Shown piece after piece: positions 1-10,886 of a stretch of DNA of 19,578 nucleotides. Source of the stretch: Ginkgo biloba (Eukaryota > Plantae > Ginkgophyta); NCBI GenBank assembly GCA_024626585.2, contig JANKJI020000002.1, forward strand, positions 223,247,058 to 223,266,635, written 5' to 3'. Below the pieces are notes generated by a model. That model worked only from the letters and a program-made list of their open reading frames with translations, made no database searches and was not told the origin of the DNA. The position numbers and the translations under genes are program-made. Every line of letters starts with the position of its first letter. Position 1 is the stretch's first letter.

Positions 1-1433
1 CCTTCTTTCTTTGCACCATACCATGAAAGTGCACATATACCGTGTCTTTACGTGCTCTATGAGTGTGCATAAATGTGGTATAACTACTTTACCATATTTT
101 TGTGTGTTAATAGAGCATACATTTATACGATATGAGCGTATTTTCATGAAAAAGTGTAGCGGTTGTTTGATCGAATAATTGTTGCCCAAATTTTAAATTT
201 TGCGCGCACACCTTCTTTTCAAATTTTNNNNNNNNNNNNNNNNNNNNNNNNNNNNNNNNNNNAACAAAATATATGCCCGAATAATTGTTCACTCGAAAAA
301 AAATTGACTCCATTTTTTCACATCGCTTTGTCTAAAATGGTGTCACATTAACTTGCTTTCATCCAACAATGGTATGACTTAAACTATTCAACAAACATTT
401 CATATGAGAGAGCTCACAAATAGATTCTTAAATGAATCTATATTTTTTATATAATAGTAGAGATGAAGGAGTATGGTATGGGTTACATATTTATGGAAGG
501 TCATGGTTAGNNNNNNNNNNNNNNNNNNNNNNNNTAATAGTGTATGTGTATGTGTGTACTAATAAAAACCCATGGTAAATAATTACCACATTATTTATTC
601 ACCAACACAGTTAAGTTCTATCATGTAATTTTTTATAGTAAACCAATACTCTATATTTGAGTAGAAACCTTTATTCATATTTTAAGAAATTGAAGTTATT
701 GTAAATTCCACAGTTTTTTCTTCATTGAGATAATTAAGTGCTTGACAATACATGTAATTACCTAGCAATAATTTAATTGTAATAGATTTAATATACACAT
801 TATAATTCTTAAGTAATAACAAGTAACCATCCAATCATTCAATTACCATAAGTGATGACTTAGATATTAAATATTTAATGATTGTTTACGAAACATTTAT
901 TACTTTTCTTAAGAAACATATATACTTATGACATAGAGAGAAATAATTATAAAATATTACCACAAAATCAAAAGCAAGAAGTCCACAAAGAAGTCTCATC
1001 CCATCACTCATCAACACCTTTATCCATAAAAACACTTAAATAAAATAAGTAGTCTACCTTTGGTCTTGTAAATTAGATTTAAAATAACACAACTATTATA
1101 TAAGCCAATAATAATAAACTCTTGAGATTATCATTTTGATGATATTTATGAAGTATAAGCATTCCATCATATACTCTTTCAATTAGTGTTAACCCATATA
1201 TACTCCTATTATGGATTAGTATTTTTCATTAACCTTTATCTATATACAAATCAAATTTCCCTTATCCCCAATATTTTGTCATCCTATTATGTATTTTCAT
1301 TCTCTAATAATCTTCCCCTTTATATAAATAATGNNNNNNNNNNNNNNNNNNNNNNNNNNNNNNNNNNNNNNNNNNNNNNNNNNNNNNNNNNNNNNNNNNN
1401 NNNNNNNNNNNNNNNNNNNNNNNNNNNNNNNNN

Positions 1434-2726
1434 TGTCCACCATCCCCCATAAGGGTGTCAAAAAATGACTCAAGAATTTGCTATCCCTATTTTAAGTAAT
1501 AGAATATGGTAATACAAAAGTGATTCTATACATGTGTGAAGAACAACTTGCCAACTTTTGGTGCTAAGACTATCCTCTCACATGCTATTATAATAATAGT
1601 TTTGGTAAATTTATCGACTATTGTAAATATGTAATCATGACCTTTCTTTGTGACTACTAATCCACTAAGAAAATCCATAGATATGGACTCCTAAGGTCTA
1701 TATAGAATAGGAAATGGTTGGTACTTTCCAAGCTTTATATTATAAGGATTGAAATCACAACACAAGGAACGAGCTCGAGCATATCTCTCCACATCCATCA
1801 TCATCCTAGGATAAAATAAATAACATTATAGATGTATAATGGTATTCTTTATTATAAAGTGACCTACCACCTTGGAATGATGTGCCTCTTTAATAAACTA
1901 TGGTTTGTAATTACCAATAGGCATACACAACAACCCAAATCTAAAAAGTAATCCATATTTGAGGTGATAATCCCTCAAAGAACCCTCTTTGACAAAAAAA
2001 GGATCTGAAAATTGAGTCACTACATGTGNNNNNNNNNNNNNNNNNNNNNTAAACTAAATAAATATTTTCACTTAGGAAAGACAAAATAATCTAGGATTCA
2101 AATACTTATAACATAAAATGGACTAGTGCTCTCCTAAATAAATCTTCTTGTATGTTGTCACTTCCCTTTTTGTACTTAATGATTTCATGAATTTGTTGTA
2201 AGAACCTCCACCCACTTGACCATCTAATGGTCCTCTAATCTAATATAAGAGTAAATAAACTATAGAGATTGATGGTGAGATTGAATAATGGTCTATTTTT
2301 AAAGGAGATAATGATTTTNNNNNNNNNNAACTATAACATAAGTATCCTTATTATACAGTTGTACCTCTTCACTATGTCTAAAAAATACTTTAAATGATTA
2401 GAAACTGACTTGCCTAAATATGTGAAGACTACTTCCACATCATGCCCAGGTGCATCTCCCTCCATCTCAAAAGGCAATTGTAGATTGGGAGGAGCTAAGA
2501 CTAGTGAAGTATGTAGTCTATTCTTGATCAAATCACAATCATCCTATAATTGGTCTTTATCCCAAATCAAGTCTTTCTTACCCTTCATAATTTGATAGAG
2601 AGGAGAAGCAATCTCAGAAAATCCTACCACAATTTTTTTGTAAAAGTTAGTCAAACCCAAAAATCTATGCAACTCATGCACAATTGTCAATTTGATCAAT
2701 TCAATAAATTCACAACCATATAACAT
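1434..2726 (-). mobile_element. Degenerate Ty3/gypsy LTR-retrotransposon pol fragment (RT connection - RNase H - integrase)
   Basis: Minus-strand translation gives ELHRFLGLTNFYKKIVVGFSEIASPL (RT connection, ORF 2544-2726) and LVLAPPNLQLPFEMEGDAPGH (RNase H start, cf. PVL.LPD...PFEIETDAS). It then gives KEAHHSKVVGHF (integrase zinc finger, ~1855-1890), ESISMDFLSGL...VDKFTK (~1600-1690) and RDSKFLSHF (~1460-1488). The RT-RH-IN order is gypsy. There are many stops and frameshifts. Confidence 0.92.
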
Positions 2727-2759
2727 TCAATCACAGATTCATAAAATCATAATATAGTC

Positions 2760-3560
2760 ACATAACATAAAATAAACACTTTATTCAAATGAGATAACTA
2801 GCTTATAAATTTACAAACTAGCTACCTAGAACTGGTCTAACCGGGATCATTCTTTACATCTCCTTCAATTTGATCTTCATATACAATGCACTTACAATAA
2901 CAGTAATAAAGTTCCAAAAGATACATTGCAAACCACAAATATACACTGCTGTTCTGGAATTTAGTTGAGGAGACTTCATTGTTGAGTTCCTTCAAACACT
3001 CTTAGCTGCTACGCTGCATTACTGCTCCTCCCCTTTGATGAGTGTGCCTAAAGCTGACCTTCCAACTCTGTGACAAACTAAAGAACTTCTTGACAAAGTG
3101 AATGAATCAACAGAATTGAATGAAATTCCTAGCACTTACAATTAGGCCACACAAAACAGGTATACACGCCAATGGGAACCACCTGTTTTTCCATCGAAGT
3201 AGACAGAAAAACAATTGATGCATGCACACTGATTTTGTTTTTTTTAAGGAGAACCCATATGAAGACAGAACCTGTCAATGAATTCACGTGAAGGTGAGGT
3301 AGTCACCAGACGTGCATGATAGAGCACAAGTCAAACAGGTCAGAGGGTTAAAGCAGGCCGGGTGCAGTATACCCAATGCTGTGTATGCAGATTTTTTTGC
3401 TATATACAATGGACTCAAATTGACCAAGCAAAATAGATGCTGGTGCTGAACATGTAGACTTGTTAAATGTAGCCCTTTGAATGGGCTACATACATCTGAA
3501 TAGACCTGATCTGTAACTCACTGGGTGAGTCAAAATCTCCCAATGTAAATAATTACGGAT
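2760..3560. other. Non-TE-like low-copy island; possible terminal exon(s)/3' UTR of an unidentified minus-strand gene
   Basis: Retains many CAG/CTG and some CG, unlike the flanking TEs. The minus strand has a GTAAGT...TTTGTCACAG intron-like segment (3139-3068, 72 nt), a U/G-rich tail and AATAAA at 2785-2780. No protein family was recognised. Confidence 0.3.
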
Positions 3561-4656
3561 TGTCTTTTTTTTCTATTTGTTTTGACAAACAAAATAAAAT
3601 TCTGCATCTAAATCATGCATGTGACCCTANNNNNNNNNNNNNNNNNNNNNNNNNNNNNNNNNNNNNNNNNNNNNNNNNNNNNNNNNNNNNNNNNNNNNNN
3701 NNNNNNNNNNNNNNNNNNNNNNNNNNNNNCATACATTGCATCACGACCCTCAATGGTTAGGAATCTCATACCTGGTCAATTCCCAATGATTTAGGATACA
3801 TTTACTTTAAAAAGGGGGCATGCCTCATGTACATGTGTAAATAACCTCTACACATAAAAATATAAAAAATTAGTCAACAAAAAGACATGCAAATGTATAT
3901 ACATATGCACAGACATGAAGTGTATATACATATATATCAAAAAATATTTATCAAATCATATAAATATCACATCATGGTTGGATTTATCCTATCTCTCATA
4001 TATATTCATGTCAATGCCACCTCTACCTACTACCACTCAGTTTCTTCCTAATTTTCCTATGAGAAGGCCTATCCTATATTATCTAGAGATAACAAAATAA
4101 AAAAAAAATATAAATGCCTCCTCCCAGGAGGACCTCCTCAACTATTCTGAGCCTAATACTTCTTTTTATACGTGCAAGTGCCTCTTTGACTACACCTTAG
4201 GCTATATTTCCTATGACATCTCCATAAGGATTTTCATCACTTATTTTCCCTCCAACAAGAGAAATCTCCTATACTCATCCTATTTGGACTCCACCTCCTA
4301 TGTATCATTAGTTGCATAAGGGAACTTATGTCCCTCTTCCATAATACAAATTCCTCTAGATCCTAGTAACCAATTAGATGACTTATGAGCTCTTCACTAA
4401 AATCAAATTGAGAGGTCTTATAAACCCTCCATATCTTTCATTTTCTCAAAATGGATATCTTAGGAGGATTCAATTAGGTTATCATTCATCCTATAAGTAC
4501 ATCCATAAAAGAGATATCCTTTTGAAGTATGATAAGAAGTCAAACTCATAAAAAATTCATAAAAAATTCAATCTACAATAAAATTAGAGAACATAAACTA
4601 ATATAGCTGGCATTACCAATAAAAGGAAGGTACTAATTATAAAGCACTTATCAATA

Positions 4657-5349
4657 GTTGAAGTCCCCCCAAGGAACTTGCCACATTTTATATTGAACCA
4701 AAGGCTATGCATGGAATAGTTAACTTCACACCCAATTATTTCAAAAGTAATTACGCCTAGACCACATCACACTGAGCCAATTCCTAATGGGTTGATCAAA
4801 TTAAAGTGGGAAGACCACCTAAATGATTTTTAGGAAGGATTAACCAAGAAGGATTGTGAATTGTCTAATCGTAGGGCTTGGAATCCCACTTTTACAAAAA
4901 AAATGATATAAGTTTTAATGTATGATTTGGTCACCATAATCAAGGATCTGATGAGAGAAGTCTACTACAAGACAATGGATGTAAGAGTAGTAGTAACATA
5001 AGAAGAAGAAAAGTAGATTAAATTTATTGAAGATTTTATGGATATTTAGATAGAGTATATTAACTCTTTGATGGAGACATAACAATACTTTATAAGAAGT
5101 TTTAATAAGGATATTGCTCTATAATTATAAAAGATCATTCCTAAGATCAATGCTTGGACTTTATTAATTAACAAATATTTCAAATATAATTTTGATCTAA
5201 AAACTAATTGAGTATAGGTTATGGTGAAGTGTCATAAAGCACAAAAAATAGCTAATGAAGATGAAGAAAAACTAAAAGGTGTTATAAAGGATTTAAACAA
5301 TTCAAAAGATTAACTAACTGCACTGAAAAAGTAGTTCAATAGAGCATAA
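4657..5349 (+). mobile_element. Decayed, probably TE-derived ORF remnant with a charged, coiled-coil-like end
   Basis: One frame reads protein-like for about 230 codons (e.g. KAQKIANEDEEKLKGVIKDLNNSKD*LTALKK). It is interrupted mostly by TAA/TAG, consistent with CAA/CAG deamination. No family motif was recognised. Confidence 0.3.
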
Positions 5350-6281
5350 AGTTGTCACCCACTTAAAACACAATCATTAGAGTTAACTAATCATTTTTAT
5401 ATGAGAGAGAAATTTTCAATGGTTGCTAAAGAGAATTATTGTATTTTCAATTCCAATGCATGTGCCATAATTCCCATTTTCATAAGATAGCAATAAGCTT
5501 CAATATATAAAAAATATCAAAACCAAATGTGATTTTCTATCACCAAAAATAAGCAAGGGTGGCATGGTGGTGAATTCCTTTTCTTTCTAGCATGAAGGCC
5601 AAATGCGAAATAAAAATAAAAAGATTAGAGAAGTATGAGATTCCTGATATGCCATTGACATGGCGCTCAAAATAAGTGAATTATTTAGCAATAAGACATT
5701 TAATAATTCTTGAGAAATAAAATACACAAACATCTTCAAATAGTAAATTACAACAAGTTGAATACAACTTTTAAACTAATTTGTGACAAATAATTTATTT
5801 GACATCAAAAGTATTATTAATTTTACAATTTTACTCCATGTAATGGGAGGCTCTTTTAGACCTTATTGAAGCTATCTATCAACTCCTTCCCACCACATTC
5901 TAGTTGCTCTCTTAAAAGCGAGGTGAGTGAGGGTCAATTTGTTCATGTCACTGATCTAAAAAGCTTCAAATATCTCTCGTATTTGCACAATCACGTTTTG
6001 GATCCCACTCCTATTTCAAAGTTTTATGTCCCAACAGTTTTTCTCATAGACCTTCTCCCAAAACTCTTGTGTAGTTTTATTTACTTTCTCTGGATCTAAG
6101 AGTTTTCTTTGTCTGTCGATCATTACTCTGTCGGTTAGAACTCCAAACGCTTCCTAACTTCGTTGTTGTAAACTTTCTCCNNNNNNNNNNNNNNNNNNNN
6201 NNNNNNNNNNNNNNNNNNNNNNNNNNNNNNNNNNNNNNNNNNNNNNNNNNNNNNNNNNNNNNNNNNNNNNNNNNNNNNNNA

Positions 6282-6410
6282 ACCAAAAGCATTGGAATGA
6301 TAATGCTATATAAAATGGGATGTAAAGGATGAGGACTTGATAAGAATGAATGAAGAATTAAACTTTTAATTGAAGAAGAAATAAGGCCAAAAAATATGGG
6401 TCTTGGGTAT
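6282..6410 (+). pseudogene. Degenerate G-patch domain coding remnant (probably retroelement-borne)
   Basis: Translates as [41 protein letters not shown], matching the G-patch consensus (IG.KLL.KMGY.GGGLGKNEQGI..PIE...RPK..GLGY). In-frame TGA stops lie at 6330-6332 and 6351-6353. Confidence 0.85.
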
Positions 6411-7276
6411 ATCGATTCCAATGATCATAGTGAAGCAAATAACATAAATGACAAAGATAGGTTATAGGAAAGAATACCTACTTTAGAACAACATAATAGA
6501 AGGAATTTTTAGAAAAATAGATGGAAAATAAATTGAAGGATAAGTTATGAGACAAGGTGTCATACAAACAATCAAAGAATAAGCTATTATGCATTGACAC
6601 CAATCATGATAAAATATCATTGGATAGAGGATCAAACATGGATAAAGTTTAGTAAAACCTTGAGAAATTCGTATTATTTAGTATCTTCAAAAGTAAAATT
6701 GTTAATGGATACACATAGTGGTAAAAATGTTTGAAGTTTATTTTGCCCAAGTTCATTTCATGGATAATTGTTTGTTCAATATGTTGATGATTGAAAATAT
6801 ATGAGTGCACATGAGAAGTGAATTTATGAAGTGTAATGTTGAAAGGTCTCCAAGAAATTTTGATGTGTGATTATTAATTAAATATTTGTGATAAATTTAA
6901 CCTATGGTATGATGAACTCCCTGAATTAAAGATTGAAAATTGTTGATTGTGAAGTGCTCATTGAAGAAGAGAGATGAGTATGTTGATTGAGAGAAAGTTA
7001 TTCAGCCTATAACTCCTCAAGAGAAAAGAGAGCGTTTATTATTGTGTGATACAGGAAGACTGCAGGATGAAAGATGGGTAAAGTGAAAAACCCAAGTTGT
7101 TGAGACCACTTAAAAAAGTGATGGATAAATGGTAAATAAAAAACCAGGAGAATAAAGTAGTAAAGTGTGCGCAACTATTTATCCCTGCTTTTTTATACAA
7201 AGAAACACTCTCTGTCAGATGGGATTCCTATTTCAAGCTCTGAAATTCATTATATTATTTTCCTGTTTTTTTTCAG

Positions 7277-7583
7277 CATAGAATATTGGCCAGAACCTCA
7301 GAGAGCAATCAATGAAGCTTACAGAGTTCTAAAAAAGGGTGGGAAGGCCTGTATAGTTGGGCCTGTGCACCCCACAAACTCGCTAGCTCGGTTGGTGGCA
7401 GACATATGGATGCTTTTCCCCAAAGAAGAGGATTACTTTATTTGGTTGAGGAAAGCTAGTTTTACATATATTGCGGTCAAGAAAATTGGTCCAGAATGGT
7501 TCAGAGGAGAACGTAATTATGGTCTTATAATTGGGTGTTCAGTTGTTGGTATAAAACCAGAGTCTAGTGATTCTCCCTTGAAG
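7277..7583 (+). CDS. VTE3: Internal exon of a VTE3/APG1-like 2-methyl-6-phytyl/solanesyl-1,4-benzoquinol (MPBQ/MSBQ) methyltransferase
   Basis: Open frame (S)IEYWPEPQRAINEAYRVLKKGGKACIVGPVHPT...DIWMLFPKEEDY...KIGPEWFRGERNYGLIIGCSVVGIKPESSDSPLK is collinear with plant VTE3 as recalled (SIEYWPDPQRGIREAYRVLKIGGKACLIGPV...WMLFPKEEEY...RIGPKWYRGVRRHGLIMGCSVTGVKPASGDSPLQ). A polypyrimidine tract and CAG acceptor end at 7276, and an AAG|GTATGT donor starts at 7584. The exon is 307 nt, phase 2 to phase 0. Confidence 0.95.
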
Positions 7584-7745
7584 GTATGTAACACAGCGCT
7601 TTAGTTCAATGGATTTGCATTTCATTATCTGATTTGTAATTTATTATGTAATTCTATAGGATTCTATGTTAAGCTGGTTGTTGGATTTATGGTGCAAAAA
7701 TTGGGAGAAAAAAATAATTAAATTTTTTTTTTTCGGATTGTGTAG
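7584..7745 (+). other. 162-nt GT-AG spliceosomal intron of the VTE3-like gene
   Basis: GTATGT at 7584, U-rich body, a T-run followed by TGTGTAG ending at 7745. Splicing joins SPLK to LGAK, as in canonical SPLQ|LGPK. Confidence 0.88.
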
Positions 7746-7862
7746 CTTGGAGCCAAAGTGGAGGCTAATATATCTCATGTAAATCCACTTGAGGTTCTTT
7801 TCAAGTTTAGTCGAGGACTTACAGTTCGAAATGTGGCAGCTCTGTATTTCAGCAGCTTTTGA
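7746..7862 (+). CDS. VTE3: Terminal exon of the VTE3-like methyltransferase (divergent, shortened C-terminus)
   Basis: Not in the ORF track. Translates LGAKVEANISHVNPLEVLFKFSRGLTVRNVAALYFSSF* (TGA 7860-7862). It aligns with the recalled VTE3 last exon LGPK.EDV.KPVNPF.FL.RF.LG..AA.(W/Y)(F/Y)VL.PIYMW.KDQIVPK but stops early. Confidence 0.82.
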   Translation, partial: LGAKVEANISHVNPLEVLFKFSRGLTVRNVAALYFSSF

Positions 7863-7989
7863 GATAACTGCCATACTTCGGCATGTTTGTTTCAACAGTT
7901 ACCCTGACTGTTGAAGGTGAACTGTTTTATTAACTATTCTTTTGCTCTTTTTCTCCTTTCAAACTTACGGAATTCAAAATTGTTTTGGA

Positions 7990-8760
7990 GGCGATTTGAT
8001 TCACTTATCAGGTTTGCGGGTTTTCCAACAAGGGTGTCACACTCTTTTTTTAATCCCCGAGCTCCAAAATCTAAAAGATTATGAATTGTCTTTTATTCGA
8101 TTTTTAGGGCTGCGGGGTGTCAGAGTTTTGAATGGGCGTGTCTTCACTAAAGTTCGATAATCTAAAATCCCGACCTTTTTTGTCGAGTACTCGGGATTCG
8201 GGGTTTTGCAAGGTGCATATTCAATTGAATCTTCAAAACTCCGAATCTCCCAAACTCCCGAAAGTCCAAAATGCCAAGTCCAAAATCTAAATTTTTTGAT
8301 GAAGTGTTGGAGACTGTTTTAAGGGTTNNNNNNNNNNNNNNNNNNNNNNNNNNNNNNNNNNNNNNNNNNNNNNNNNNNNNNNNNNNNNNNNNNNNNNNNN
8401 NNNNNNNNNNNNNNNNNNNNNNNNNNNNNNNNNNNNNNNNNNNNNNNNNNNNNNNNNNNNNNNNNNNNNNNNNNNNNNNNNNNNNNNNNNNNNNNNNNNN
8501 NNNNNNNNNNNNNNNNNNNNNNNNNNNNNNNNNNNNNNNNNNNNNNNNNNNNNNNNNNNNNNNNNNNNNNNNNNNNNNNNNNNNNNNNNNNNNNNNNNNN
8601 NNNNNNNNNNNNNNNNNNNNNNNNNNNNNNNNNNNNNNNNNNNNNNNNNNNNNNNNNNNNNNNNNNNNNNNNNNNNTTGATATTTTCTTAAAAATTGACA
8701 AAAATCAATTTTGGATCCAAAAACGAATGAAATATGAGCACAAATGAGCTATAAGAGATG
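7990..8760. repeat. Probable dispersed non-coding repeat (CpG-rich, spans a 349-nt N-run)
   Basis: Composition changes abruptly after the VTE3 3' region. Short motifs are reiterated (aaaatcccga, aaactccgaa, aaactcccga, agtccaaaat twice). There is no coding signal, and the family and termini were not identified. Confidence 0.3.
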
Positions 8761-9519
8761 TTAAATAGGAATGTAAGGCTCTATAAATATAGGCAATGAA
8801 TGTCATATATGCACAAACAAATTGTACAAATGCATGGATGAGATAAATGGTGATAACACTAGCAAAATGGTACCCCAAATTTCAAATGTGCATCTCCTTT
8901 TTCATAAGGTAACCATATAATAACTCTTTTACTCTTTATATGGTTTCCCTTAATAACTACTCTTTATAAGGGTTTGTTCTATTGATCCTTTTTAAAGTTA
9001 GCTTGAGTATGCCTTTTTTTGGTTCTTATCATTTTCATAAGGACTTCACTCAAATACATTTACAAAAATATGTGAGTGCATAAAATGTTACTATTACTGT
9101 CTCTTTTGGATATTTACAAATGTACACATGTCCCTTTATTAAGGGATTTGAAATAGAAGTTCCTTTTATATATAAAAAGGTTTATAGGAAATTTGAAGGA
9201 CTTTTCTCATTTGTATATAGGGTATTAAATTTTAGCCTTTTGATGCCTATGTTTTGAAAACGTCGTACTGAGTGAACCCCTTTGATATTTTTAAAATGGA
9301 TTTATTATCTTGCTCTTATTGTAGATCCTATTTTTTCTAGTACCCTAAGTGTTAATTCTTCACCTTCTCTCAAATGAATATCAACACCTTCCCAACCAAA
9401 ATTTTAACTCTTCTTATCTCCAAACCAAAACCTATGATTTTAGAATTTTCATTCTTGCTACCAAGTTCGAATTGTCATAGGTAAGAAACTAGTGATACAA
9501 TTCTTTCACTCTAAAAATG

Positions 9520-10786
9520 ATAACTAGCATCATCCAAGGAATAAATTATATTCAAATCAATATAGAGAGCATGGAAAATTATGCAATAAAAAATTTCCTA
9601 TAAACATTTCCCATATTTTTATTTAGTAGATAACAACTAGTGGTGGGAAAATAATAAAGTAAATGGAAAATTAGTAGAGAAAAGAGGATTATCATATTTA
9701 TACTAGCATAATATGGGGATGATATCCTTTAATTAGTTATTAAAAACTAAATCCTCTACATGGGATACCTAGAAGGAGGTTTTTATAAAAAATTTAAATT
9801 GAAATACTTGTATAAGAAAATGTATACAATGTTGACTAAATTTCTAAACTCTCTCTTTCCATGTATTCCCAGAATAGTTAATACACATGATACCTAGTCC
9901 ATTTTCTTCTAGGAAGATGAAAAACCATTGTTTACCTTTATTTCAAAGTCCCTATATAATATTATTATTATCCATGGACATTTTTTACATAATTTAAACC
10001 ACCTATGAAGTATTGATAAACCCCGTGAGTGTTGGTCAAATATATGGAAAAAAAATTGGTCGCCATTAATTGAATTAAAAAAATCATGTTTCAATTTGTC
10101 CCTAATTTGGAAAAGATTACCTCTAGGTTCCATTCTAGGTAAAGTAGGATTGTATGGATCTTGTTCACTATGTGGGGACCTAAAACTCTTAAACATGCTT
10201 TCTTTGATTGTCATTTTGCTGCTAACTTCTAGAATTTAGAATTATCTTATTTAAATATTACTCTTGATAGAGATTATTTATGGATGAATATTTAGACTAT
10301 AATATTAAATGATAATAGACCCTAGATTTTAAAAATATGGTTGATTTTTTTGGTTGAAGATTTATGGTTACTATGGAAGAAAATAAATGAACATGCTTTT
10401 AATAATAAGAAGACAGAGCTCGTTGACTTTCAAAGTGAAGTCATGTTTGAAGATATGATTTTGCAGGTGACAATTCAACTCAACATTGACACTGAGCAAC
10501 TGTGACTTTTCTTCAATGTTGTTGGTTCTCCACCCAAGTACAATGGAATATATGACAATTGAAGAAGGGCTGGAAATGTGACAATTAGAAGGAATGTTAG
10601 AAATTATGATGAATAGGTAAATATCCACAGGGGAAGGCAACATGGTGGTAGAGGAAGGAAAAATGCATCATTAAATAGAACAGGTAATACAAGGGCTTCT
10701 ATGATGGGTGATATGATGGAAAACCTGCCATAAGACTGGGATCAAATGAACTCTAATATGCAGTAAACTTATGATGTGTTTTAGTC
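9520..10786 (+). mobile_element. LINE (L1/Tx1-type) ORF2 3' fragment with zf-RVT CCHC motif
   Basis: Plus strand reads WSNIWKKNWSPLIELKKSCFNLSLIWKRLPLG...CSLCG/PKTLKHAFFDCHFAANF* (~10030-10232, one frameshift), i.e. Cx2C...Hx4C of zf-RVT. It then reads LWLLWKKINEHAFNNK (from 10362), the W.IWK.RN..IF motif of LINE ORF2 tails. Boundaries are approximate. Confidence 0.85.
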
Positions 10787-10886
10787 NNNNNNNNNNNNNN
10801 NNNNNNNNNNNNNNNNNNNNNNNNNNNNNNNNNNNNNNNNNNNNNNNNNNNNNNNNNNNNNNNNNNNNNNNNNNNNNNNNNNNNNN

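Noticed and set aside
100-350. Twice-repeated cgaataattgtt (~172 and ~278) and CpG-rich start of the window
   Set aside because: Probably part of a dispersed repeat, but too short and gapped to classify.
3255-3335. miR156/157-like words (tgacag, gatagagcac)
   Set aside because: There is no complete mature sequence and no matching star arm in a hairpin.
4100-4500. Possible minus-strand gypsy chromodomain/PPT end
   Set aside because: Only a faint EYRRFL resemblance; no alignable motif could be recovered.
7167-7276. N-terminal part of ORF 7167-7604 (MRNYLSLL...FLFFF)
   Set aside because: It is intron read-through: it starts at GTG, and VTE3 similarity begins only after the polypyrimidine tract and CAG at 7276.
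7644-7895. 83-aa minus-strand ORF
   Set aside because: It is the antisense shadow of the VTE3 intron and last exon and has no recognisable motif.
8162-8747. Long ORFs spanning N-runs (also 15450-15818 and 17581-18052)
   Set aside because: They are artefacts of translating through Ns.
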